64,000 bases of DNA from an uncultured Candidatus Binatia bacterium (lineage in GTDB: Bacteria > Desulfobacterota > Binatia > UBA9968 > JAJDTQ01), in assembly GCA_965215605.1 (NCBI GenBank), contig OZ244070.1, positions 352,001-416,000 on the forward strand. The letters are read 5' to 3'. Numbering within the stretch: position 1 is the stretch's first letter; the number at the start of each line of letters is the position of its first letter. A program made the translations under genes and the position numbers. Shown here piece by piece: positions 49,256 to 58,236 of this stretch. The notes below the pieces were generated by a model. That model worked only from the letters and a program-made list of their open reading frames with translations, had not been told where the DNA came from and did no database searches.

Positions 49256-50245
49256 TCATACGCTACCAACCTTCGGCAGCACCTCCTCGGCCATCATGGC
49301 CATGGAGTCGAGAATGCTCTTCTGGTCCAGGCCGGCGAAGTTCATGGAAAAGATGACGTAGTTGGCGCCGGTGCCGGCGATCTCCTGGATCTGCTCGATG
49401 CAGCGGGCGGGGCCGCCGACCATGAGCATGCGCTCTTGGTCGAGCTCGTCGTAGCCGCGGGGGCGTACGGACTTGCGCGCTTCGTAGTAACGGCTCATGG
49501 CGGGGCGGGCGCGGCGGCGGGCGGCGGCATCGGACTCGGCCACGTGCGTATGGATGGTCTGGCCCACGTCCAGGGCACCGGGGTCGTGACCTGACCGGGT
49601 CAGCGTCTCCTTGTAGAAGTCCACCTTTCGCTTCACCTCGGCCATGTCCACGCAACTCGCGAAGGGGATGCCCAGGATGGGATATCCCCTCTCCCCCGCC
49701 GCCTGGTAGGAACCCTGGCTCAGGGCGGCGAAGTACACCGGCGGCAAAGGCCGCTGCACCGGCAGCACGTTCAGGGATACGTCGTCGATCTGGTGGAACT
49801 GTCCCCGGTAGGATACCCGGCCGTCCCGCCAGGCCATCTCGACCACCTCCAGGCTCTCCACCAACCGGTCCCGGTTGTCTTCCTTGACGCCGAAGCCCGC
49901 CAATTCCGGCGGGGTACCGCGTCCCACTCCAAAGTCCAGCCGCCCGCCGCTCAGCACGTCGACCATGGCATACTCCTCGGCGGTGAGCACGGGATCGCGG
50001 TACGGCAACAGCGCCACGGCCACGCCCAGCCGGATAGAGTCGGTGCACGCGGCCGCGGCCGACATCAGCACCGTGGGCGACGGGATGACGCCGTGGAAGT
50101 CGAAATGGTGCTCGCCGAACCAGAAGCACTCGTAGCCCAGGGACTCGCCCCAGCGGACCTGCTCCAGCATCCTCTCGTAATAGCCCTTGAGGTCGAGCTT
50201 GAGCTCCGGGTCGTCGTCGCCGATGATGAACAGACCGAATTTCAC
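49256..50245 (-). CDS. LLM class flavin-dependent oxidoreductase
   Basis: WFGEHHF, IRLGVAV, AEEYAMVDVLSGGRLDFGVGRG; GTG start at 50245. Confidence 0.92.
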   Translation of the reverse strand: MKFGLFIIGDDDPELKLDLKGYYERMLEQVRWGESLGYECFWFGEHHFDFHGVIPSPTVLMSAAAACTDSIRLGVAVALLPYRDPVLTAEEYAMVDVLSGGRLDFGVGRGTPPELAGFGVKEDNRDRLVESLEVVEMAWRDGRVSYRGQFHQIDDVSLNVLPVQRPLPPVYFAALSQGSYQAAGERGYPILGIPFASCVDMAEVKRKVDFYKETLTRSGHDPGALDVGQTIHTHVAESDAAARRRARPAMSRYYEARKSVRPRGYDELDQERMLMVGGPARCIEQIQEIAGTGANYVIFSMNFAGLDQKSILDSMAMMAEEVLPKVGSV

Positions 50246-50479
50246 GGATCCCTCTTTCGTTTGGAACGTTGAGCGTCTACCACAAAACCGGATCGCGATG
50301 CACGGCAAGCAGCCGCTTCCAGGCCCCTGACGTCACTTGCCACCGGCTCGACGGGGACGTCTCCCCTCTTTCGTTTCGGGTTTCGAGGGTCTACTATGGA
50401 AATGTATCACAACGCGCCGCGCGCCGTATCCGGCGCGGCCCCCGTGGGCGATTCCGCCCGTGGTGAAGGGAGTTGCACG

Positions 50480-51493
50480 ATGAACGATAACGTGGTCTCG
50501 ACCCCAACCCAGGAACGATGCGTCACCTCCTACGCGGCGCGCACCCAGTACAAGCCGGGAGTAGTCCATCCCGGCCACGTCAAGGTCAAGGACGCCATCG
50601 ACATCCACTGCCACGCCCACGCCGGCCAGCAGGACGCTCTCGACTTGGTGAAGAAGGCGTCCCGGGCCGAAATGAAGGGCATCCTGTTCAAGTCCATCGT
50701 CGGTAACGCGGGGAAGGCGGTCCGAGAGCTCCAGCAGCAGCTCGACGAGTGGGCGGCCCAGGAGGGCGTTGCGTCGGCGGCCCTGTTCGCCGGCTTCGTG
50801 TGCGGCCGGAACGACGATCCGGTGTCGGCCGAGTTGGCCGAGAAGGCCATCGACGGCGGCGTCGTGGCCCTGTGGCTGCCGGTTTTCAATCACGCCAACA
50901 CCATGCACATCGTGGGAAGCCGCCGGGAGCTCATCGAGCACGACATGAACGCCCGGGGCTGGATCGGCCCCCTGTCCTGGGAGAAGGCGCTGGAACACGG
51001 CCGCTACAATCTCGACGACTCGGGTGAGCTGAAGCCGGAGGTGCGCGACATCATCCGCCTGTGCGTGGAACGCGACGCGGCGCTTTTCTTCGGCCATCCC
51101 ACCCACAAGGAGATCTTCAAGATCGCCGAGGAAGGTCACAAGGCCGGCCTCAGGCGGATGGTCATCGACCACCCCTACAGCCCGTTTCTGGACGTCTCGG
51201 TGGAGCAGATGAAGGAGCTGGCCCCGCTGGGGGTGCTGTTCAACTTCACCTTCGACGAGCTATCGCCACTCCTCGGCGTCGACCCCCAGATCATGTACAA
51301 CACCATCCGGGAGGTCGGGGTGGAACACTTCGCCCTTTCCAGCGACGCCGGCGAACCCCTGTTCCCGGACTCCGTAGAAGCCATGCGCCTGATCCGGGGC
51401 TACATGGAAGCCTTCGGCCTGACGCAGGACGAGCTCCACACCGTTTGCACCGTCAACCCCGCCAAGGTGCTCGGCATGGAACTGGATAGCTGA
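50480..51493 (+). CDS. DUF6282-like metal-dependent amidohydrolase-fold protein
   Basis: IDIHCH, LWLP, FGH, IDHP, LSSDAG, NPAKVLG. Confidence 0.72.
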   Translation: MNDNVVSTPTQERCVTSYAARTQYKPGVVHPGHVKVKDAIDIHCHAHAGQQDALDLVKKASRAEMKGILFKSIVGNAGKAVRELQQQLDEWAAQEGVASAALFAGFVCGRNDDPVSAELAEKAIDGGVVALWLPVFNHANTMHIVGSRRELIEHDMNARGWIGPLSWEKALEHGRYNLDDSGELKPEVRDIIRLCVERDAALFFGHPTHKEIFKIAEEGHKAGLRRMVIDHPYSPFLDVSVEQMKELAPLGVLFNFTFDELSPLLGVDPQIMYNTIREVGVEHFALSSDAGEPLFPDSVEAMRLIRGYMEAFGLTQDELHTVCTVNPAKVLGMELDS

Positions 51494-51558
51494 CTTCCGC
51501 CGTATTCCGACCTTCACCGCACCCTCCTGCCCGTCCGCGCCCAAATTGTGCGCCTCCC

Positions 51559-51586
51559 GGGCGCTGAACCCTAAAGTTCGGCGCCC
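51559..51586. terminator. Hairpin separating the DUF6282 gene from the MNIO operon
   Basis: GGGCGCTGAAC-CCTAAA-GTTCGGCGCCC; no clear U-tract. Confidence 0.4.
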
Positions 51587-51717
51587 ACCGACCGATTAGT
51601 ATAGCTGTAGGCGCCGCTGTGGCCTCGACCGCCGAGGCGGCACAGGCAGACGTCCGACACGTGCCGGCTACGGAACTCCGGCGGGCACGGCGGACCGGGC
51701 TCGAGCCGGGAGGTCCC

Positions 51718-52602
51718 ATGAGCATATCGCGTTCTTCCACGCCGCCCCTGATCGGCATCGGTTTCCGCGTTCCCATCGCCAAGTGGACGCTGGCCAACCT
51801 GCACCGTTTCGACGTCCTCGAGATCACCGTGGACCACTACATAAAGGGAGGCGAGCACGCCCGCAAGGCGATCCGCAACCTCGTGGACCGGATACCGCTG
51901 GTGCTGCATGGCGTGGGCCTTTCCATCGGCACCGACGCGCCACTCGACGAGGCGTACCTGGACGGCGTGGCGGAAGCCGTCGAAGACCTGAAGACGCCTT
52001 CCTACAGCGAGCATCTGGCGTGGACCAAGGTGCCGGGCATCGACATTGCCAACCTGCTGCCCGTGCCCAAGACCCGCGCCGCCGCCGACATGCTCATCCC
52101 CAAGATCCGGCAGGTGCAGGCCCGTTTGCCGGTCCCCTTTTCCATCGAGAACATTTCCTACGTCTTCGACTTCCCGGAAGCGGATATGAGCGAGGCCGAG
52201 TTTTTCAACCTGCTGTTCCGGGAAACCGGCGTGGGCATGCTCCTGGATGTCGAGAACCTGTTCGTCAACTCCCGGAACCATGCCATCGACCCGCGGGCGT
52301 TCCTGGACGCGCTGCCCGAGACGGTGGTGACCCACGTGCACGCGGCCGGGGGGCCGCTGATTCGCCGGCCTTACCTGGATGCGCCGTTCCATGCCGACAA
52401 CCACAGCAGTCCGGTACCGGAACAGGCTTTGGACCTGCTGGCGCACGCCCTCCGCCGGCAACGCCCGCGCACGATAATCCTGGAGCGCGACAACGACGTC
52501 GACCGGGGCGACGAGCTTCTGGACGACGTGACGCGCATTCGGCTGCAAGCGGCCAACGCCGGCGGAGAAGAAAGGCCCGACACCCATGAACAAGCTCCTT
52601 GA
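51718..52602 (+). CDS. DUF692 family multinuclear non-heme iron-dependent oxidative enzyme (MNIO; MbnB/TglH/ChrH family)
   Basis: GIGFR, HGVGLSIG, SEHLAW, LLPVP, IENISY, LLDVENL.VN..N, HVHAAGG, DNHS, LERD; ATG 51718 after GGAGG. Confidence 0.93.
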   Translation: MSISRSSTPPLIGIGFRVPIAKWTLANLHRFDVLEITVDHYIKGGEHARKAIRNLVDRIPLVLHGVGLSIGTDAPLDEAYLDGVAEAVEDLKTPSYSEHLAWTKVPGIDIANLLPVPKTRAAADMLIPKIRQVQARLPVPFSIENISYVFDFPEADMSEAEFFNLLFRETGVGMLLDVENLFVNSRNHAIDPRAFLDALPETVVTHVHAAGGPLIRRPYLDAPFHADNHSSPVPEQALDLLAHALRRQRPRTIILERDNDVDRGDELLDDVTRIRLQAANAGGEERPDTHEQAP

Positions 52603-53326
52603 AAGACAGACCCGCCTGCTTCGCCATCTGACCAGCCAAGCCTTCATCTTCGGCACCGACGGGCTTGGCGTAGCGGCCCGGGACCCCGGTCTCCGGGGCA
52701 TGGACATCCGGCGTCTGCGGCTGGAGGCGGAATTCTCCTACAACAAGCGGATCAAGCGGATTCGCCAGACCTTCGAGCGCACCGCCGCCCTGCTCGGTCA
52801 CGGCTTCTCGGCCATCACACGCGAATTTGCCGCGTTGCATCCACCCGAGACCTACGAGCGCCATCCGGACGCACAACGTTTCTTCGACCATTTCATGGAA
52901 CACTGGGCTCGCAAACCGTCCACGCCGGCCTGGGCCGCGGACGTGGCGACGGTGGAGTTGGCCTTGTCCCGTGCCCGGACGCTCCGGCCTACGACCATGG
53001 AGACCGCGGCCCTGGCGGAATGCCCGAGGCCGCCCTCTCTACGGTATCGCACCCATCCATGCGCCCTGTTGGTGCGTTGCGGGCACGACGTGCGGCCCCT
53101 GTTCGAGCCCGGCCGTTCCGGCGCGCCGGTCACACAGCGGCAGGTCTGCCTCGCCGTCCTGACCTCTCGTGGGCGCCGGCGGCCCACGGTCATGGAGCTT
53201 GCGCCGGAAGCCTTTGCGCTGCTGGAACGTTCCACGGAATGGTCGGCGCCGGAACCGGCGGTTGAGGCCATGACCAGGCACCTTGCCGCGCAGGGCCTGG
53301 TACTGGCGTGCGGCAACCATGGCTGA
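52586..53326 (+). CDS. MNIO partner protein (DUF2063/RRE-like)
   Basis: Overlaps the DUF692 gene; FERTAALLG..F....EFAALHPP and WAADVATVELAL resemble DUF2063 partners. Confidence 0.7.
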   Translation: MNKLLERQTRLLRHLTSQAFIFGTDGLGVAARDPGLRGMDIRRLRLEAEFSYNKRIKRIRQTFERTAALLGHGFSAITREFAALHPPETYERHPDAQRFFDHFMEHWARKPSTPAWAADVATVELALSRARTLRPTTMETAALAECPRPPSLRYRTHPCALLVRCGHDVRPLFEPGRSGAPVTQRQVCLAVLTSRGRRRPTVMELAPEAFALLERSTEWSAPEPAVEAMTRHLAAQGLVLACGNHG

Positions 53327-55181
53327 GGTCAACGGGCTGGCGGGCTGGTCCGTGGGGGGCGCCACGCGCCACGCGGAATCCTCAGCGGACGGAGCCTTCA
53401 CTCTCCGTTCCATCGCCGCGCATCTGCTCGCCAACAAGACCGTCTTCGGGCCGTTGGTGGCGGCGTCCTTCTTCATCAATCTGCTGGGCTACATCTACCC
53501 TTTCGCCTTCCTCATCATCATCGACAAGGTCATCTCCAACCGAGGCGCCGCCACCCTCGACGTCATCATCGTGAGCCTGGTCTTCTTTCTGGTCTTCGAG
53601 GCGGTCCTGCGCGGCGCCCGCCACAAGGCCCTGCGCCACGCGGTGCGGGACATGGACCACTCGCTGCTTTCGAGGCTCATCCGCCATTCCCTGGAGTTGC
53701 CGGTCTCCTTCTACTTTCGCAACACCCCGGTGGAGACCCTCTCCCGCATCGAAGAGTTGCGCTATCTGCGGCGCTTCCTTACCAACGCCGTGGTGTTCGT
53801 GTTCGTGGACATCGTCTTCGTGCTGGTGTTCCTGGCGCTGATGCTGAACTTCAGCTTCGCCCTGTCCATGATCATCCTGGGCTGCCTGCCGCTCTATATC
53901 GCGCCGGCCTTCGTCGTCATGCCCACGTTGCGGCAATGGAGCCAGCGGACCAAGGACAGCCGGCGGGAGAGCAACGAGGCCGTGCTCGACACCTTCAACG
54001 GCATCGAAACGGTCAAGGGGATGCACCGGGAGGAAGCCCAGGAGACGTTCCTGACCCAGCGGGTGGACGACGCCGTATCCTCCGACGACGACGCCCAGGA
54101 CCTGCGCGACTCGATGACCCAGTACAACCAGTTCGTGAACCGCCTGGCCAGCGCAGGCCTGCTCTGGTTCGGCGCCTCCATGGTGCTGGACGGACAACTC
54201 ACCCTGGGACAGCTCGTCGCCGTCAACCTGGTGAACATGCGGTTCTCCCAGCCCATGATGCGTCTTTGCATGTTCACCTATGACTTCTCGCGGCTCCGGG
54301 GCCTCATCCGGGAGGTGGGGACCGTCCTGGATGAGCCCGCGGAGCGGCAGCGCGGCCATCTCGTCACGTTGCCCTCCCTGGAGGGCACAATCCAGTTCGA
54401 CAGCGTCCGTTTCCGCTACCCGGACGCGCGCCGTGATGCCCTGGCCGGTGTGACCTTCGAGATCAAGCCCGGCGAGACCCTGGGAATCGTGGGTCCGTCG
54501 GGCTCGGGGAAGAGCACCGTGGCCCGCCTGATTCAGAGGCTGCATCTGGCCGCGGAGGGGCGTGTTCTGCTGGACGGCGCGGACGCCGCGGTGCTGGACC
54601 CGGCCTGGCTCCGCGGCCACATCGGCGCGGTGGAGCAGGACTATCCGATGTTTCGGCGCAGCATCGCCGAAAACATCGCCCTGGAGCCCGCGGAGCACCA
54701 CATGGCCCGGGTGATGGCCGCGGCCAAAGCGGCCTGCGCCCACGAGTTCATCACCCGCACTCCCAAGGGATACGACACCCGGGTCGGCGCCCGGGGCGCG
54801 ATCTTGTCGGGTGGAGAACGGCAACGCATCGCGCTGGCCCGGGCGCTGTTCCACTCCAAGAGCGTGTTGATCCTGGATGAAGCCACCAGTTCGGTGGACC
54901 AGGAGGACGAAGGCCGGATCCAGGAAAACGTCCGGCGGCTCGCCAGCGGACGGACCACCATCATCATCGCCCATCGGTTGTCCGCCCTCCGTTACGCCGA
55001 CCGCATCGTCTGCATGGACCGGGGAGAGGTGGTGGAGCAGGGCGCGCCCGGGGAACTGGTCCAAGGCGACGGATATTTTTCCCGCATGGTACGCGGCGAG
55101 GCCACGCTGCTCCAGGAGTTGGTGCAGAGGCGGCCGGCGGCCGAAGCCACACAAGCCGCCGTGGAGGCGCGGGATGGATAA
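53319..55181 (+). CDS. HlyB-type type I secretion ABC transporter lacking the N-terminal C39/CLD domain
   Basis: IIDKV..NRG..TL, GIETVK, LTLGQLVA; GPSGSGKST, LSGGERQR, ILDEATS, IAHRLS. Confidence 0.9.
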   Translation: MAEVNGLAGWSVGGATRHAESSADGAFTLRSIAAHLLANKTVFGPLVAASFFINLLGYIYPFAFLIIIDKVISNRGAATLDVIIVSLVFFLVFEAVLRGARHKALRHAVRDMDHSLLSRLIRHSLELPVSFYFRNTPVETLSRIEELRYLRRFLTNAVVFVFVDIVFVLVFLALMLNFSFALSMIILGCLPLYIAPAFVVMPTLRQWSQRTKDSRRESNEAVLDTFNGIETVKGMHREEAQETFLTQRVDDAVSSDDDAQDLRDSMTQYNQFVNRLASAGLLWFGASMVLDGQLTLGQLVAVNLVNMRFSQPMMRLCMFTYDFSRLRGLIREVGTVLDEPAERQRGHLVTLPSLEGTIQFDSVRFRYPDARRDALAGVTFEIKPGETLGIVGPSGSGKSTVARLIQRLHLAAEGRVLLDGADAAVLDPAWLRGHIGAVEQDYPMFRRSIAENIALEPAEHHMARVMAAAKAACAHEFITRTPKGYDTRVGARGAILSGGERQRIALARALFHSKSVLILDEATSSVDQEDEGRIQENVRRLASGRTTIIIAHRLSALRYADRIVCMDRGEVVEQGAPGELVQGDGYFSRMVRGEATLLQELVQRRPAAEATQAAVEARDG

Positions 55182-56496
55182 AGGCCGACCGCGCGCGCAA
55201 GCCGTCCTGCTGGTCTCTCTCTGCGCCTTCCTCGTCGGGGCGCTGGCATGGGCCTCCATCGCCGAGGTGGAGCTGGCGGCCATGGCCTCGGGACGCATCG
55301 TTCCGCACGGCCAGGTGAAGACGGTCCGTTCCTTCGAACACGGGAAGATCAAGCAGATCGCGGTGGAGGAAGGGAGCGTCGTCAGCAAGGGCGACGTGCT
55401 CGTGGAGCTTGACGCCACCCTGGTGGACGCGGAAGTCGCCAAGCACGCGTCGGAGCTCGGCACCAAGTCGGTGGAGGCTGCCCGCCTGGAAGCGCTTCTG
55501 GGCTGGCGACGGAGCGAACCGTTCCGGCCGCCTCCGGATGCGCCTGCGGAAATCGTCTCCATCAACGAAAGGCTCCTGGCGGATCAGATTGCCTCCCACC
55601 GAGCGCGCCTCCGCGAGCTGGACGGCATGATCGCGGAACGCCAAGCCCGGCTGCGGACGCTCGGAGCCGGGCTTGCCAAGTACGAACGGCTGCTGCCCAT
55701 CCTGCGCGAGAGGACGCGGATGCGGGAGACCCTCTACCGGAAGGACCACGGCTCCAGGCTCGAGCTCTTCAAGGAGCAGGAGCGGCTGGTGGAGCTCGAA
55801 GGAGACCTGGCCCTTGGCAGGGAGGAGCTGGCCCAGGCCGAAGCCTCCCTCGCCTCCCTTCGGGCGCAAAGGCAACAAACCCGTTCCGAGTTCGACCGGG
55901 AGCACCGTGCGGCCCTCGCCGCCGTGCGGGAAAGAATGATCGTTTTGCGCCAGGACATCCGCCAGGCGCGGGAGCACCGCGCCCGGCACGTCCTGGTGTC
56001 TCCGGTGGACGGGGTGGTGCAGGATCTGGCCGTGCACACGGAGAACGGCATGGTGGAGCCGGGCGCGCGCCTCATGGTCATCGTACCCCGAAACGCCGGC
56101 ATCCGGGTCGAGGCCTTGATTGCCAACGCCGACATCGGCTTCATCAAACCGGGCCAGCGGGTCGCCTTGAGGGTCACCAGCTTCGACTTCCGCCGGTACG
56201 GCGCGCTCCAGGGAACGGTGAGCCACCTGGGCGAGGACGCCGTGAACGCCGGAACGCAAGCCGGCGGCCATTCGCCCGCGGTAGCGGCCGCGCCACCCGA
56301 CGCCCGCGCGACCGGCCCGATGTTCAAGGCCGTCATCGAGCTGGACCAGGACTACATGGAGGTCGAGGGACGGACGATCCCTCTCGTGCCCGGCATGACC
56401 GCGGAAGCGGCGGTGATCCTGGGCAAGCAGCGCGTCATCGACTACGTCCTGTTGCCGCTTCGCGGCTACCGGCAGGACGCGTTCCGGGAAAAATAA
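55174..56496 (+). CDS. HlyD family type I secretion periplasmic adaptor
   Basis: TM then SGRIVP.G.VK.V, VEEG..V.KGDVL.ELD, SPVDGVVQ, DIGFIKPGQ, RYG, PGMTA. Confidence 0.92.
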   Translation: MDKGRPRAQAVLLVSLCAFLVGALAWASIAEVELAAMASGRIVPHGQVKTVRSFEHGKIKQIAVEEGSVVSKGDVLVELDATLVDAEVAKHASELGTKSVEAARLEALLGWRRSEPFRPPPDAPAEIVSINERLLADQIASHRARLRELDGMIAERQARLRTLGAGLAKYERLLPILRERTRMRETLYRKDHGSRLELFKEQERLVELEGDLALGREELAQAEASLASLRAQRQQTRSEFDREHRAALAAVRERMIVLRQDIRQAREHRARHVLVSPVDGVVQDLAVHTENGMVEPGARLMVIVPRNAGIRVEALIANADIGFIKPGQRVALRVTSFDFRRYGALQGTVSHLGEDAVNAGTQAGGHSPAVAAAPPDARATGPMFKAVIELDQDYMEVEGRTIPLVPGMTAEAAVILGKQRVIDYVLLPLRGYRQDAFREK

Positions 56497-56522
56497 CACT
56501 GTCACGCACGGAGGCAACGCTG

Positions 56523-57497
56523 ATGAACGACAAGGTCGAAGAGTTCCCCAGAGCAACGGACCCGGCGGCATGGACGCCGGAGGACATCGAGCGGTCGGCG
56601 GCCTGGCGCCACGCTTTCACCGGGCGCGAAGCGGCCGAGTTGCGGGCGGTGGCAAGAAACGACGCCACCGGAGAGGGACCGCCCCTCCGGGTCCTCGCTC
56701 CGCAGTTGGAGCAGACGGCACGGGAGCTGGCGTCAGGCGTGGGTTTCCGCGTGCTTCGCGGCTTCCCGGTGAAGGAGCTGGGCCAGGAAGGCACCCCAAA
56801 GGCATTCATGGCCCTGAGCCGGGGGCTCGGTTGCCCCATGGAGCAACCGGGAGGAGTCGAACTCGCCCACGTGCGCGCCGACGCCAAGGGACGCAAGGGC
56901 TTCGGCTTTCGCGCCGCCGGAGAGCTTCCTTTCCACGCGGACCTCGAAGACGTCATCGGGTTCCTGTGCGTCAGGCCCGCTTCCGGAGGCGGCACGCGCA
57001 GGTTCGCCAGCGCCGTCACCGTGTACAACATCATGCGGGACGAGCACCCGGACGAGTTGCGGGTGCTCATGCAACCCTTTCACATGGCGCTGCAACAGCC
57101 CCATCCGGACCACGGGCAGAAGTGGACGCGCCTCCCTTTCCTCGGCGTCCGGGAAGGGGTGTTCACTGCCTGCGCCTACCCCGTCCATATCAAGCGGGCG
57201 CAGGCCCTTGCCGGGGTTCCCGAACTGACCCCCGCGCAGACCCAAGCGTTGGCTGCCTTCAACGACGTGGCCGGCCGGGCGGCGGTTTCCATGGAGTTGA
57301 AGCCCGGCGACGTGGAGTATTTCAACAACCACGTGGTCCTGCATACCCGGTCCGAGTTCTCCGAGGACCGTGGACCCGGTCGCCACCTGCTGCGGGTCTG
57401 GCTGTCCATGAGCCGCTTCCGGCCGCTGCATGCAGAGCATCCCATCAGCCTCCGGGCCAGGACTCCGGTTGCCGAGGGCGGGCCGAAGCCAGGGTAA
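56523..57497 (+). CDS. TauD/TfdA family Fe(II)/2OG dioxygenase (copy 2)
   Basis: FHADLEDVIGFLCVR, NNHVVLHTRS, RHLLRVWL, nearly identical to 143-1117. Confidence 0.88.
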   Translation: MNDKVEEFPRATDPAAWTPEDIERSAAWRHAFTGREAAELRAVARNDATGEGPPLRVLAPQLEQTARELASGVGFRVLRGFPVKELGQEGTPKAFMALSRGLGCPMEQPGGVELAHVRADAKGRKGFGFRAAGELPFHADLEDVIGFLCVRPASGGGTRRFASAVTVYNIMRDEHPDELRVLMQPFHMALQQPHPDHGQKWTRLPFLGVREGVFTACAYPVHIKRAQALAGVPELTPAQTQALAAFNDVAGRAAVSMELKPGDVEYFNNHVVLHTRSEFSEDRGPGRHLLRVWLSMSRFRPLHAEHPISLRARTPVAEGGPKPG

Positions 57498-57500
57498 CTC

Positions 57501-58220
57501 ATGGACCTGGGCATCAAGGGCAGGCGGGCGCTGGTCCTGGGGGGCTCCCGGGGCATCGGCCGCGCGGTGGCCGGCGCCCTCGCCGCCGACGGGGCGGAGG
57601 TGGCGGTCTGCGCCCGGAAGGAATGGGCGGCGAAGAGGGTCGCTTCCGAAGCCGCCCAGGACTGCGGGGTCAGAGCTGCGGGCTACCGCATCGACGCTTG
57701 GGACGAGGAGTCCGCCGTTGCCCTCGTCAACCGCATCGCCAGCGACTTCGGCGCCATCGATCTGCTGTTCGGGGTGGCCCGGCGTCCCTCGCTGGAAGAC
57801 AGGCAGCGGCTGTCGTGGAAGCAGCGGCTCGACGACGGCTTCCTCCGCTTCAAGGCAACCACCGAAACCCTCCTGCCGGGCATGCGGGAGCGGCGATGGG
57901 GCCGCGTGCTGTGGATGGTACCGTGGCCCGCGCCGGGGACCAGCTCGGAAAGGCAGCTTCACGCGGTGACCGCCGCCGCGTTGTCGGCCTGGCTCCAGGT
58001 GATGGCCGCCGAGGCGGCCGAGGACAATGTCGTCCTGAACGTGCTGAAGCCCGCGCCGGTGTCGAGGACCTCGGGGCGCGGTTGCGACGAACCGCGGACG
58101 GGCTCCCGCCATCCGGCCCCGGGCGATTCCCTTTCAGTGTCCCAAGTGGCGGCGACAGCCGCCTTTCTACTCGGCGACCCGGCCGGCGCATGGCGCGGCA
58201 AGGTCATCGAGCTCGGGTGA
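57501..58220 (+). CDS. Atypical SDR family oxidoreductase (copy 2)
   Basis: MDLGIKGRRALVLGGSRGIG; no NNAG or YxxxK; paralog of 1163-1918. Confidence 0.82.
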   Translation: MDLGIKGRRALVLGGSRGIGRAVAGALAADGAEVAVCARKEWAAKRVASEAAQDCGVRAAGYRIDAWDEESAVALVNRIASDFGAIDLLFGVARRPSLEDRQRLSWKQRLDDGFLRFKATTETLLPGMRERRWGRVLWMVPWPAPGTSSERQLHAVTAAALSAWLQVMAAEAAEDNVVLNVLKPAPVSRTSGRGCDEPRTGSRHPAPGDSLSVSQVAATAAFLLGDPAGAWRGKVIELG

Positions 58221-58236
58221 GGCGGCCGCGACGGCT

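Noticed and set aside
51494-51717. MNIO precursor gene directly upstream of DUF692
   Set aside because: No + strand ATG-initiated, RBS-preceded small ORF was found; the region holds a hairpin and probable promoter
53382-55565. Long antisense ORFs (also 45686-47806, 6792-8669, 61180-63222 and others)
   Set aside because: Typical high-GC shadow ORFs opposite well-supported genes, with no recognisable motifs
143-58220. TauD+SDR copies as direct repeats bounding a mobile element, or an assembly duplicate
   Set aside because: Copies are clearly diverged with indels, and no integrase or att sites were seen
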